Source of the DNA: the human T2T-CHM13v2.0 reference genome, Homo sapiens
Assembly: GCF_009914755.1 (NCBI RefSeq)
Contig: NC_060931.1
Length of the DNA stretch: 64,000 nucleotides
Direction: 5' to 3' (one strand)
The position numbers and the translations under genes were made by a program. This document shows, one piece after another, positions 32,667 through 49,151 of the stretch. Each line of letters opens with the position of its first letter. Within the stretch, counting starts at the first letter, position 1. The notes beneath the pieces are model-generated. The model had not been told where the DNA came from. It made no database searches and saw only the letters and a list, made by a program, of their open reading frames with translations.

Positions 32667-33699
32667 CTATATTGTGGCTTTAACAAAAAGGGCGGGCGGT
32701 AGGGAACAACAGCACCTGGCTGTACCTCTCTCTGAAAAGATGAGGATTCATAATACTTCCCACAAGCGCTTGATGCACCAGGAGCAGCACCTCATTTCCC
32801 GGGGCCCGACACCTCCACAGGGGCCTAACATCTGTGGACACGCGGCGGTCTAAGCACCGACTGGCTGAAAGGTGCCACATCGATTTAAACATCCCCTTCA
32901 TCCTGGCCGTTCCCTCCACCCCCAGAGCCCATCTCTGCAGGCAGGCAGTTTTCCCTATAAGGCCGCGGCAGCCAGGCCCATTCTTGGTAGGCGTAAACTG
33001 CCATCCTGCTATAAATCCTTTCCCACAAAGCACTGGAGACTGGTCCTCTCACTGTGCCAAGAAGTCTTTTTCTGACCATCTGTAATCCATTCAAAGGCAA
33101 CCGGCAGGAAATGGCGGCAAGGAAAACCCCTGCAAAATGCAACTGGTGGGACCACCTCTCCTCCCGCTAGTGGCCAGAAACAGGAAGTGGGCCTTTCTTG
33201 GGACACACAACATCTGTGGGAGTTCTGGAGGCTGCTGAGCGTCTGTCAGGGGCTGAACGGCTCGAGACAGATGCTCACAAAATTTGGTAAGAAAAGCATG
33301 CTGTATTGGGTTTGAAAATTAGCTCTGAAAAAAAAAAAAAAAAAGCATTTGAAAAACCAAAACAAACCCCAAACCCTTAGAGAGGAAAAAAAAAAACACA
33401 AAACACAAAAACCCCATCATATGAAAACTAACCTCAAAATTGCTTTCTTCTGATTTCTATGGACAATTAGACCATAATTTCAAGCAGTTCAAATCCTTCT
33501 TAGTGAGGCTCCCCCTCCAATCTGGTATTGTCAGCTGCTGCTGCTTAATAGTGACAGCTTCATTTTTGGCACTAAAAGCTGAAGCCCTCAAAGCTTTGCA
33601 GTTGTAAGCTGGGGCCAGCTTGTAAAGGCTCACAAGAGCTGATTGTTAAATTCTCAGGAATGTGGTGAGCCAATTATTAAATTATTAAAAGTTATATGA

Positions 33700-34100
<401 letters not shown>

Positions 34101-35130
34101 AGTAAAAATTTTAGGCTTTGTCTCAACTACTCCATGCAGGCATTGTAGTGCAAAAGCTAGCACAGACAATACATTAAAAAATGAGTGTGGCTATGTTCCA
34201 ATAAAACTTTATTAAAAACAGGCAGCCCATGGGCCACACGTTGCTTAATCCTGCTCTCAAAGTCATTTACCATCTAATGTATCTGTATGGAGGATATCCT
34301 ACGTAACAGTGTGCTGATGCATATCTCTTCCCAACTCTGAGTTCTGTGATATCACATTGACAGCTTGAAATGCAGTGGTAGGAGAGTTTACACCATGGAA
34401 ATCATCACATACTACAAATCAGGGCATGATTTATTATTTTTTTGATTATCAAAATTTAAGAAAGTGATGGAGAAAATTTTAATGATGTAAGTTAAATTAA
34501 AAGAATAGTCAACCCTCTGAATCTGTGAGTTCCACATCTGCAGTTTCAACTTAATTGCAGATCAAAAATATGTGGAAGAAAAAGAAAAGATGCCTGAGTC
34601 TATACTGAACATGTACAGACCTTTTCCTCTTGTCATTATCCCCTAAACAATTCAGAATGACAACTATTTACACAGCATTTACATTGTATTAGGTATTATA
34701 AGTAATCTAGAGATTATTTAAAGTCTATGAAAAAACTGTATAAGTTATATGTAAATACTACACCATTTCATATAAGGGATAAGAATCCAAGGATTTGGGG
34801 TCTCAGAACCAATCCTTGGATATCAAGGGACAGCTGTATATCATGTCTCTAGCTTTATTGTGAATACTACAAAACAATGAGGACATATTCTTTTAGTACT
34901 TGAAAACCATTATTCAGTTCAGCAAGAAAGTCAGGTCACTAACAATCAAGTGAAGTTTTAACATTTATCTTTGTTCTTTCCCTTTCAACTTACTCACTGA
35001 CTTAAATGAAAATATCAACCAATACTTATGTGGGGTTTACACCTGTTTGTCAATTTAAACCTTAGGAAGGTTGGGGATATAAGAATTTGGCAGAAGTCAA
35101 CCAAAGCATTTGGTAAGAATCTATAGACTA

Positions 35131-35455
<325 letters not shown>

Positions 35456-35644
35456 GAATTTAAATATTTTATTCTTTATAAAGCATATGCTAAACAGCTT
35501 TTTTAAATCAGTAAAATGTATAATAAACATATATTTCCATATGCACTAACTTTTTTAGATAGCAGATTGTTAAACATTTACTAGCACAACACTGATTCTA
35601 ATAGAAAAGAACTTACAAATTAATTGGTCAGCAGCACCCAAAAA

Positions 35645-35696
35645 GTGTGTGTGTATGTGTGTGTGTGTGTGTGTGAGACAGAGAGAGAGAGAGAGA
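35645..35696. repeat. Compound (TG)n(AG)n microsatellite
   Basis: Seen directly. Confidence 0.9.
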
Positions 35697-36803
35697 AAAT
35701 AACTCTCCCTCCAGCACCCTGAATGGAGAAAGCAAAACAAACACTAACACTACCAAAGAAAACAGAAGGCTGTTTTCTGAAAACTCTACTTCAAAAAAAG
35801 ACGGCATGGAGTTAGGCACTGAGTGTGTCTACAACTGGAATAAATTATGAACTGTTTCTCTTTGGTATTAATGGAGTTTCACCATAATTTCTTTTTCTAA
35901 AAGCAACCTCTTGAGGAACTCATAGCCCTCAAAGCCTTTGCTTAAGCTCTTCCTTCCCTGTACAATGCCCTGAATGTCCAAATCCTAGCTGCTGTGTTGC
36001 CTCTGCACGAGGTGTCCATTCATTCATTCTTTCATTCATTTTTCAAACATTAACTTGACTCCTACTAACTATCCTTTACTGTGGCCCATGTAAAACCACA
36101 AACCAAACAGCCTCTACCTTTAAGTCAAAGGTCTGAGACCCAGGTTAAAGGTCTGGCTGACCATAGACTGAGATATCTTCCTTCCCTGGGCTCTAAGGCA
36201 TTCTAATCACATTTCATTTTCTAAGCAACATCAGAGTTCCCAGGTGCTGCAAGTGAGTTCCTAGAGGGCAGGGCCACTGTTCCACCTTCACATTCCACAC
36301 AGAGCCCAGCCCAGGGCCTTCCACCTCCTGGACAACTGGTCACTTTCTACGCAGTCAGCAATGCAGGAAGCACAGCTCTGGCTTCTGACTTGCAGAGCAT
36401 CACTCATCATGACTTCCCATTTAACTTCAGTGGTTCACCAGACCCAGGCTAAATACTGTGCTCCCTCTGAAAGGTGGGAGAAGGATTATTTTAAGTATAA
36501 TTATCTTCTTCCTTCCCCAGGTTAAAGTAGAGGGTCACTTGACTGTGTGGGATAATATTTCTCAATGTTTTTAAACTCATGCTCTACCAAGATTGGATCA
36601 CACTTTACTTCCTGAGGTTTGTACTACAAAGCTCACTTTCTCTCTAAGACTTCCCACTGATTGTGGTTTTCACACTATACAAGCATCTTCTTGAAATTCT
36701 AGTGTACCCAGTCCTAAACCTTGTTCCTCCTTAGCTTAAGAATCACAGGCCATCACCTTCACCTTCAAGATTAGGCTACAGGGGGAAAAAAAAAAGAATC
36801 ATA

Positions 36804-37111
36804 GGCTGGTGCAGTGTTCATGCCTGTAATCCCAGCACTTTGGGAGGCTGAGGCAGGAGGATTGCTTAGGCCCAGGAGTTGGAGACCAGCCTGGGCAACA
36901 TAGCAAGATCCTGTCTCTACAAAAAATAAAAAGTTGGTGTGGTGTGGTAGTATGTGCCTGTAGCCCCAGTTACTCGGAAGGCTGAGGTGGGAGCATCGCT
37001 TGAATCAAGGAGGTCAAGGCTGCAGTGAGCTATGATCATGCCACTGCACTTCAGCCTGGGCAACAGAATGAGACTCTGTCTCTCAAAAAATGAAAATGAA
37101 ATAAAATAAAA
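36804..37111 (+). mobile_element. AluJ
   Basis: ggaggattgcttaggcccaggagtt, gtcaaggctgcagtgagctatgatc. TSD aaaagaatcat. Confidence 0.9.
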
Positions 37112-38280
37112 GAATCATCAGTGTTCAACTACTTACTATGAGCACTGATAATTAAAGAGAAAAACTTAACTCTGCCCTTTTAGGAGGAATTTAATAGTTC
37201 ATCCCCTGTTGATGGGAAAGATGTCTTCTATATTGAAGAATGTCAACCAATAAAAGCAGATCAGAATGACAGAATTTGAAAATGACCATCCTACAATCCC
37301 CAAAGAAATAACTGATCCAGGCAAGGGTCATCAATGAATGCCCAGAGGATTCCACAAAATTTCCTTTTGGGGAACAGGATATTCACTGGGTGTCAAAGCA
37401 TTACCCACAGAATGACATGCTAATTGCAGAAGGAAAATACAACGTTTGCAATGGGCAGCAGTGGTCACCACCTTACGAAGTCATCCATATCTAATAATAG
37501 GGCACCCTGATATCTTGTAACCCCTGGATGGGATGCTTAATGAAGCACTCAGAATCACCTGGGACACATTTGCACCAAAATGTTGAGTCTGAATCCAATG
37601 ATACTTAAGCTCAAACTTCCAGAACAGGAGAAAAACAGGGAATAGCAAAAACAAGGTAAGACACCACAAGGAAGTGACAAGACAGACCAGAACAGGAAGC
37701 ATTTTAAATGGCAATGTTTTATATATTTATATATAAAAATATGTATACATATATATAGAAATATGTATTATACATATATTCACACACATGTGGGGGAGGG
37801 ACACTGTTCTAGATTAAAAGCTACTGAAGAGATATAACAACCAAATGCAGTACATGAACCATAACAGGATCTAGTTTGAAAAATGCAGCTATAAGCTTTT
37901 GGGGGTGGGGGCATGACAGGTGAATTTTGAATGAGAACTGGGTATCAGATATGAGTATGGAATTACCATTAGTTTTCTAAGTGTGATACTGGTATTATGA
38001 TTAGGCCAGAGAATGCCTCTAATTTTAGGAGATGCATGCTGAAGTATTTAGGGGTGTCATGCTGTCTGTGACTTACCAAATAGTTCGGCAAAAACATACA
38101 TACATATTTATGTATGATGAGGCTCTGAGAATTTAAGTGAACAGCTCAAGGTAGCACAATCAAGATGTGGAAAAATGATAAATATTTAAAGGTGAAGTGT
38201 CGTGATGTCTATAACTTATTTTCAAATGCTACAGAAATATAAATATATATATATACACATACATATACATATACACACAC

Positions 38281-38979
<699 letters not shown>

Positions 38980-39021
<42 letters not shown>
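38980..39021. repeat. (TA)n microsatellite, ~21 units
   Basis: Seen directly. Confidence 0.92.
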
Positions 39022-39025
<4 letters not shown>

Positions 39026-41005
39026 ACAAGACAAAATGTGAACTAATGTTTAATTCTATAGGTGATCATGGTACCGTTATTTCAACCTTTTTATACGTGT
39101 GAAAAATTTTAACACTGAGCTGCAAGGGCAAAAAAGAGAATGGTGCAGAGTGGGGGTTACTACTGAATATTAAATGAAAAACTTTAGGTGCTCAAAGATG
39201 TCTGTGACTCTGCACCCCAGCGGTAGCATTTTTTCATGGAATTTTCTCTGCTGACCTAGGATGCTGGAGCTAATGTCCTAAGGTGAGCTGTGTTTTGCAT
39301 TGTAGCTCCAGCTATCCACTTGAACAGAAACTTTAGGAGTCCTTCCAGTTCTTAGAATCTTGACAACTTCAAAATATCAGATGGTGAATCAAAAAACCTC
39401 ATAGGCCATCTCCAGACTGACTTTTTAAAAATGAAAATACAAATGGGAACTGTTGTTTCATGGGTATGAAGTTTCAATTTTGTAAGGTGAAAAGAGTTAT
39501 GAAGATTGGCTACACAATCATGTGAATGTCCTTGACACTACTGAACTTTACACTTGAAAATGGTTAAGATGGTATAGTATTTTACCACAATTTTCTTAAA
39601 AAAAGAAAAAGACAATACAGGTATTTCAAAAACAAGATGCTTAGTCGAACTATAACACTGCTGGTTGAAAGATAACTTAGGAAAGAAAAGGGGATGATAT
39701 GATCGCTTTTCCTCCACCTTGCCTCCAGAAGATTCTAATGCAGCTATGATGACAAGACACATGTGGACCATGGGAAGAGTCTGCAGCAGTGCAAGGAGGT
39801 GCGAGATTTGGGGGCAAAGTACACGCTGGGCATGGCTAGCATGCACAGGGTGCGGAGAAGGTCCAGGCGGGGTGGCCCGAGCGGCAGGGTGGCTTCCTTA
39901 GAAAGTATGGCTGGCCCTGGGGAAGGAGGATGAGGGGCAAGGGGAAGGGGAGAAGGGGAAGACACTAGATGCAGAGGGCAGGCAGAGGCAGAGAAGGGGG
40001 CAGGGAAAGGACTCCACTTGTCCAAAGTGCTGCTGCAAAGGGCAGGCCACCTGTCCGGATAGGAAGGGACTGAGGACTTTGAATGCTGTGTTAACTGGTC
40101 GATGAGGGAGTGCTGAGAGGTTTTCACTTGAGGAACAAACTGATACATGTGAATTTTCAGAAGATTAATTTTTGAAGTGGTGTGCAGGGAAGATACAGAC
40201 AGGAAGACCAATTAAATAGCTATTATAAAAATCTAGGTAGGCTATGAGGCAGGCTAGCTGGGATGGGGGTGGGGGAGTGGAGAGAGATGGAGAGGTGCAG
40301 GGAATTGCTAAGATGGGAGGGAGGGAGGAGAGGAGGAGGGGGTCTTTCTAAAGATAGTGATGGGGAAAACGCACAGGCTCGGCTTGCTCTTGGGTCTAGT
40401 GGAGTCTGAGATGCACAATGACATCTGTGAGGGGCTGTCTGGTGCGGCACCCGGGGGTGGGATGAGCACTCTGTGGAGGAGAGGTCAGGAAAGCTGCAGG
40501 CATGTCAGAATCGCCACACACAGGGACCACCTGGGGTGTGAACAGGAGCCAGGGTCCGGAGCAAATGCAGAGCAAACCGAGGGCAAAGCCTCACGCTCCA
40601 AGGGAGGAGCTGGCAGAAAGGGCACAAAAGCGGGTGCCATGAAAACTTCTGTGAAGCAAATATGATTTTCAAAAAGCTGTAGGGTTGTCTACTGTTTAAA
40701 GAAATGCCCAGTAACTCCATTTGGAAAGCAAATAAGCCCCTACTCTGTTTAAACCTGGCTTGTGTACCGGGTTTGTGTTCTGCCATTAAGTCTTTTGTCT
40801 CAGCCACTGAAAGTGGCAGGACTCATCTGAGTCCCTAATTCTCTCTGGGTCCTGCCCCGCTTCTGCAAAAGATGATGAGGAAGGGCACAATGATGGAAGG
40901 AGTAACTCAAGGGAACAGAAGCCTGGAGTCTGGGGACTTGGCTAACAGGGCTGTTGTACATGGGTTGGCCAAATGGATTCAACCTTAAGCAAATGTAACC
41001 AGTTC

Positions 41006-41277
41006 TGGTGGGTGTGGTGGCTGACTCCTGTAATCTCAGAACTGTGGGAGGCTGCAGTGGGAGAATCGCTTGAGCCCAGGAGTTCGAGACCAGCCTAGGC
41101 AACATAGGGAGACCCCGTCTCTAAAAATAATAGAAAAAATTAGCCAGGCATGGGGGCGTGCACCTGTGGCCCAGCTACTTGGGAGGGAGGCTGAGGTGGG
41201 AGGATCACTTGAGCCCGGGAGGTCAAGGCTGCAGTGAACTATGATTGTACTACTGCACTCCAGCCTGGGCGACCGAG
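41006..41277 (+). mobile_element. AluJ lacking a poly(A) tail
   Basis: Dimeric AluJ ending cagcctgggcgaccgagc, followed by unrelated sequence. Confidence 0.85.
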
Positions 41278-42459
41278 CTACTGCCCCTTCCCACCCAAAA
41301 ATGTGACCAGTTCCTCTTTTCCAGTGGATCACCCTCTTCTTGACAGTCTGGCTGGGATTCTGTCCCATTAAGTGTAAAAGGTGCTTGAACCCACAAGCTC
41401 CAGGTCCTTATCAGAAGAATCAAACCACCAGCTGGTAGACAATGGGGTCTGGGGCCCATCGAAGGTCACCTGAAACCCCACACAGAGGAGGTGATTAATT
41501 AGGAGAGGGGACAGCACTGAGGAGGAAAGGACTGTCAAGGACTCTTCTGGTCTGTGAAACCACTGAGAGAGAGACAGGGGGGTGACACCAGCTCCTCTGG
41601 GACCAGCAGGGCAATCACTATAAAATGCTTAAATGTCCCAGTTAATGGAGAATGGGTGAAATCCAAAGTCACGGGAAGTAAATGTTGCCACATCGCCCTG
41701 TCCTCATGTGGGAGATGCATTCTGTGCCTTTCCCAGCCACTCCAATCCAAAGGATCCTCTTTGTCACTGCCCTCTCAGAGACAGTGACAACTAGGGCATC
41801 TCTGTGGCTGAAGAAGGTAAAGGACTTTCACACCCACTTAGCAGGCATATCACCATCAAAAGGACACCTCTAATGTGGCAGTATTGAAGAGTGATCTCCG
41901 CTCCATCATCCTAGAGAGCACACCCTTCATGAAATTACTAATAATCCCAATGCCATGAGGGAAACTGAACAGCGGCCTAGAAGATGTTCAAAAGGAGGAA
42001 AAAGAGAGAAATCATCACTCTAGATAGACGCCCCTGGAGTTGCTTGGCAACCATCTTTGCTAACACCTTCTCCCAAAAAGGAACACAGTTTGCATTAGCT
42101 CCTGTGATTTCCCTGAGGCCAGGACTCTGGCCACAGAGGCCCCAAAGCTGGGGCCTTGGAATGAGAGAGCGTTTCCCTGATGGGGAGACCCAGGGCCCTA
42201 TCAGGAGGCCACTGGCTTACACAGTCAAGGGGGAATGAAAGGTAGTTCAGCCTTGCCATTTTGCTTAAAGAACAAGCTCTCTTGGCCAAGGATGGTGAGA
42301 GGATGAGTGAAGTCAGGTGCCCAGGTGCAACACTTAAGGGGCACTCACTCCGCACTTGCAGAAGCCCACGTGAGCCCCTCCTTAAACAGGTGTCCTGGGT
42401 GCCTGCTTGCTTCCCCTTAGTCCTAACCCTGCTCCTAGGATGACAGACATCAGGACACA

Positions 42460-42700
42460 GTGCTTAGAGCACAGTCTCTGGAATCAGCCTGCCTTGGGGT
42501 TCAGGGCAGCTCTACTATTCCCCAGCTATGTTACCTTGGGTAAATCACTTGACCTCTCTGAGCCTCAGCTTCCCAATCTCTGAAATAGGGTTGATAACAG
42601 GATTTGCCTCACAGGGTGGTCATGAGGATTAAATGCGAACATGCACATTTAGCCCTGTGCCTGGCACCTAGTTAATGCCCAATAAAAGACAGCTAGGATT
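42460..42700 (+). mobile_element. MIR SINE
   Basis: ccttgggtaaatcacttgacctctctgagcctcagcttccc...gaggattaaatg...gtgcctggcac. Confidence 0.8.
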
Positions 42701-43026
42701 GTTACTTAAAAACAAAACAAAACAAACAAAAAAACACATAAGTTGGGCTGTGTTTAGCCCAAAAGGTACCAGAAAAATAAATTTAAAACACAAACAAAAA
42801 ACTCCAAAAGGAAATACATAAGCAGCTCCCTAGAACCCCTGAACCTGGATCTATAGAATCAGAATCTCTGTGGGTGGTCCTGGCATATTTGCTTTTAAAA
42901 AGCTTCCCAAGGAATTTTCAAGGTAGGCAGGGTTGAGAACCACTTCTCTCAACCAATAAACAGTAGTTCTCAAAGTTCAGGAAACAACAGAGCCACCTGA
43001 GGAGCCTGTTTAAAATGCACGTTCCT

Positions 43027-43335
<309 letters not shown>

Positions 43336-43469
43336 GGACATTCCTGGTTCCTGTGCTTCACTCCCGGTTGTTTCGTTTTAGTATGACCAGCCTGGGGCCG
43401 GGGGCACGAAGTACCCTACAGGACAACACAGCAGGGTCTCCAGAATGAACACACTTTGCAAAACATTGA

Positions 43470-43787
<318 letters not shown>

Positions 43788-44225
43788 CCAGATTCACTCT
43801 TGAAACTAACAGTACAGGGACACCAGTCCAATCCCTTTGTCTTTATTCGGGGCATCCTTAAAGAACTGGAGACATACAAGTTGACAAAAGATGCCTGGTG
43901 AGCCCCGGGCATCCCCCGGAGCAGTAAGAACGCAGTCTGTCCCCTGGAAGTGGCAGCTCTTAAGACAAAGGCGAAGACCCAAGTGCCCGGTAAAAACAAC
44001 GATCATCACAACAAAGGCTTCCATTACTGAGTACCTACTTTATACCAGATAGCATCTCATTTATTTCCACAACAATTCTGATAGGTACTATTATTCCTAC
44101 TCTGGAAAAGAAAAGTAGAAATTGAGGCTTAATTTAATACACAGCCAATAAATGGTCAAGATTTAAATAATGCTCCATTAAACTCCCAAGCCTGCAATGC
44201 CAATGAACCTTTTTGTGTGTGGTAA

Positions 44226-44554
<329 letters not shown>

Positions 44555-46634
44555 ATTTTCACCATTTTTTATGTGTACGGTTAGTTCTGTGACATTAAGT
44601 ATATTCACAATGTTGTACAACCATCACCACAGTCCATCTCCAGAACTTTTGCATCTTCCCCAACTGAAACTCTGTATCATGGCAACACTAACTCTCCGTT
44701 TCCCCTCCCCCAGCCCCTGAATACCCACCATTCTACTCGCTGTCTGTATGAATCTGACTACTCTAGGAACTTCATTATACATGGAATCACAGAGTATTTG
44801 TCCTTTTGTGACTCATATACTTTTTGAGAACTGGACTATCACCTTGGTCTGATATAACCAAACTGGGACCATGTCTCCAGCATCTTCCATACCCCTGGAA
44901 TGCTGAACTCACCTGTGGTTAATATCATCGGACTGGGTGTCCTGTGTCCCCACCCCACCCCAGGACTCTGTGGCCTGTCAATGCCTTGAGGTAAGGTCAC
45001 GTAACTCACACTCCCCCTACAGTTAAGGGTATCCTTACACCATTAATGTTCACAGATTTACAATTAGCATCACAGAATCAGGTACACCGGTAAGTGCTTC
45101 TGTGTTCAAAGAGCCTGTCATCGACTCACTTTTATCTTCCCCATTATGGTGACCTGGTGCCACTTCGTCCTGCCCTGGAGAGTATTTATTTGGTTTCCAT
45201 TTCTTCTGTAAGCACTTGATCCCTTAAAATTGGCAAGCAGAATTGTGTTGAGAAACCACAGGTACAAGGATAAAGTGTCTCCATAAAAACATTGCTTTCC
45301 CCACAGCAGAATTCCAGCTTCACTTATAGACGACTAGGGCAGCCAGGTCTAGCCCCTGAATATTAAGGATGCTCCGCTGTAGCCTCAGCCCACTTGCAAG
45401 AAGGGATTTCCTGAGGTTTCATCATTAGTTCAAGCGCCTCAGGGTCCAAATCCAGGTCCATTTGGCAGTCTGAGCTCTACCACAGGAGAGAGTAAGAGAA
45501 TGCCAGCCAAACGGCATCAGCTGGGAGCACGTAATCAGCAGAACACTGGACCGGGAGATTTAGGAGACAGTCACACACAGAAGTCAGTCCTTGCCATTCC
45601 TACAATATTCTGAAAAAGTAGAACCCACTGGCTAAAGCTCTCCCTCTCCATTACGGCTATGTTTGATTATTGCAATCACTCAGTGACCACTGTCTCCAGA
45701 TGTGAATAGTGGGCCACCTCAGTGTGTGGGGTCCTTAGAGAAGAGGGATTTGACCAGGACAAGGTCTCACTGCATTGAGTACTACCATCTTATGCCTACT
45801 TCTGAAATATGTCATGAATGAAACAAAATGTCATAAACGAAACGTTAACCTGAAGGATATAAATGCAACCAACCCGGAAAACCATACAGAAACAAATCTG
45901 CCTAACTTTTCTAAATCAATTCTGCAGCAGAGACGGCAGGCCCCTGGGAACCGCCGGCTGAAAGCATCAACATGGCCTCACAGTCTTAACTGATGCTGCA
46001 GACCACCTGGCACACAGGTCAGAAGGCCTCAGGAATCAGACCCTCCCCTGCCCTTTGTACCTTCCCAGGCTTAACATGGAAATCATGAAAGCAGCCACTT
46101 TGCTTTCCGTCATGTGCATCCCCATTTCAGACATATCCCGTGGGTAATCAAACTGCAGAGAACGCCAGTTGTATTTTCAGCCTGACTTTAAATATAAACT
46201 GAAATCCTTACTGCTTCACCAATGCGATGTGGTACTTTTGACATCGGGGGCCACTGTATAATAAATGCCATCATTACCAGAATTGATGCTTTGGGTCTCC
46301 TCCACCCACAGTGAAGGAGGGTTGGGCCACCCAGAATTAGAACCTGCAACTCACTATTGTCACCAGTGACTGCAGACTGGACTCCAAGGTTTGGAAGAGT
46401 CATCTTGGGAACTTTGGGAGGAGGGTTCCCTGGGGGACCGAGGCTTCTCTCTCTTTAGATCCTCCCAAATGTAGCTCAGCGCCAGGGGATAGTCACAGTA
46501 CAGGTATATCTGCTGAGTAATCGACAAGGCTGACTTACATGGGCTGAAGGCCTAACACATGGACAGATATTGGCAGAATATTTCTGTATCTTAGTCTATT
46601 TTTCTTGTGTTCTTACCTCTCCAGCCTCACCAGC

Positions 46635-46850
46635 CAGTGATTCTCTATCAGAGCGATTTGTCCCCCTGGGACATTTGGCAATGTACGGAGATATTTTTGG
46701 TTGTCTAAACTTGGGGGAGGGGAGGGAGACACTGCTGGCATCTAGCAAGTGGAGGCGCAAGATGCGGCTCAGCATCCTGCCATACACAGGACAGCGCCCC
46801 CAAAAAGAAGCATCTGGCTCAAACCATCAGTGGTGCCACTGGTGAGAAAT
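46635..46850. mobile_element. MER20 (hAT-Charlie MITE)
   Basis: cagtgattctc...gggacatttggcaatgtacggagatatttttggttgtc...tgctggcatctag...gacagcgcccc. Confidence 0.85.
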
Positions 46851-48852
46851 ATTATACTACTGTGTGCTTTGCTATCTTTACTCCAGCAAGAGGACTTTTT
46901 AGGTTCAGAACAGTCTATATTCTCTGGCACTTGGGCCTTTATCCCTGTCGTTTCCTCTAACTCTGTCCTGCCCAGCTCTACACATGGGTAACTTCCTGTA
47001 TCCTCCAGGTTTTAGCTTACATAAAATTTCCTCTGGGAGGCCGGCACTGAGCCCCTACCTCAGTGAGGCCCCCCCACCATGACCTCCAGCAGCACCTGAG
47101 TTTCCCTATCAGAGCACTCATCGCGGTCTACCTGTACTTTCGCCACCAGGCTGGAAGCACCCTGAGGGCAGGCAGGGGTTGTGGTTTTTCACTGCTGTGT
47201 CCCTGGTGTCTAGCCCAGTTCTGGCACGTCAGGAGAGCTCCCTCCAGGTCAAACACATAAGGGAGGCTGAGAAACAGTTGAGCGTATTAAAAACTTGGCA
47301 AGACACCCAGAGGCTTAAATTGTTACCCTACTATGCAGGCACCAAAAGAGAACATGGCGACTTCTCATGAACTGACATGGACAGCTCTCTAAGATAAATG
47401 GAAATGGCAAGATATCAGCTAATACTATAGGTTTCTATCATTCACGTGAGAACAAGAAGACAAAATTATATATGTATCTACTTGAATGCACACAGAATAT
47501 CTTTGGAAGAATACACAAGCAACTGGGGATGGGGTGGGAGGGAGACTTACTTTCCACTTGGATAGCCTTTTGAATTTTGTAACATGAACATTATTAAAAA
47601 AAATAAGTAGTTTTAAAATGAATGTGTATGTGTGTGTAATGGTCTACATCTTCTAGCAGTAAAAACATTATTCTCATAGAATGATACAGGATGAGACCCT
47701 GGTACAGGGCAACTTAGAAGGCAAATTATCATATACAGTGTCTCCGTGTGTCCATTCTAGCTTCCTGTTGTGGAAGTAGACAGAGCCACATTTCTTCCAC
47801 ACGGGAACCCAGGCACAAGGAAATAATTGTATGTATAAAGAAATACTCATTTTGGAAGCTTTGTATTTTCCAAACTAGATGATCAGGATGTCCTTTCTCA
47901 TCTGTGTTGTGTTGGTTGTGGCATGCCCCTGCTCCATCAGTGGGCTGCACCTGTAGAGCTTATAGGTCTCCAAGCCCTTCCCTTCTCCGTCTCATCTTTC
48001 CTCCCTACCACCTTTAAGCCGCTCCATCTCTCCCATCCTTCCATCCCAAAAGCTGGGCCAGATAAGAGAGATGATAATGTAACGCCAAAGTGAACAAATG
48101 TTACTGCTTGTTAGCAAAAGGGGAGGAAGGTAGGCTTAATGGGGAATGAAGTTGAAATTAATGGTAAAAATGAGGTTTATCTGTGTAATCTGTGGACTTT
48201 GTGTCTTCCCATCTCCTATTAACATAGATAACAGAGTTGTCTATAATGATAAAGGGAAGCTGTTCGCAGTTTCCCATAAATCTCCATGGCCTGCTGCTGG
48301 CTTCTCTGGCTTGGATTCTAAGAAAACTTCATTCTTAACCAGGTCAGTTGCCACCTTCTCCAATTTGCTCCCATCCAGCCACAACTGCAAGACTCCTAAG
48401 CCTGAGCTGAACATGCTCCTATGTTCTCTGCACCCTCCTATATTCCAGCCCAATTCCACCAGCATCTCAGAAGAACAGCAAACTCTTATAGTCACAGCAA
48501 TATCTTACTGGCCCCAGCACAATTTTCAAATTGGAAACTTTCCACCAGTTTATCTACATCACATCAAAACATGTGGGAACGTTAAAACACAGGCAAGTTT
48601 TCAAAGTGACAAGTGTAGGCTTCCAAGAGACCCAAACAGGAATCTATTCAGGACTTTTTTTTTTCTCAGTGATAAAATAAAACAACTTATCGATCATTGA
48701 AAAAAGTTTTTTAGATCTCCCAGTCCCTAGAAAGAACTTTGTATAAACTCTTCTTAGCCATAGGCCATATACAGCCTAAGTATTATTCGACAGCTATTGA
48801 TAAAACTTATCAATGATCACTTAACTGCACTCTATTAAAAACATTGATATCT

Positions 48853-49151
48853 GGCCGGGTGCGGTGGCTCATGCCTGTAATCCCAGCACTTTGGGAGGCC
48901 GAGGCGGGCGGATCACAAAGTTAGGAGATCGAGACCATACTGGTTAACACGGTGAAACCCAGCCTCTACTAAAAATACAAAAAAATTAGCCAGGTGTGGT
49001 GGTGGGTACCTGTAGTCCCAGCTACTCGGGAGCCTGAGGCAGGAGAATCACTTCAACCTGGGAGGTGGAGGTCGCAGTGAGCTGAGATCGCACCACTGCA
49101 CTCCAGCCTGGGTGACAGAGGGAGACTCCATTTCAAAAAAAAAAAAAAAAA
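48853..49151 (+). mobile_element. AluY/Sc-like
   Basis: Dimeric Alu with gagatcgagaccat. TSD aaaa..ttgatatc. Confidence 0.9.

Noticed and set aside
44905-46620. Consensus-like minus-strand donors (CAG|GTGAGT ~44911; GAG|GTAAGA ~46617) as cryptic exons or recursive splice sites
   Set aside because: No convincing polypyrimidine tract or paired acceptor found; such motifs are expected by chance in 54 kb.
48146-48700. 184-aa + strand ORF, and an overlapping 84-aa minus-strand ORF
   Set aside because: No recognisable homology or splice support; length is within plausible chance.
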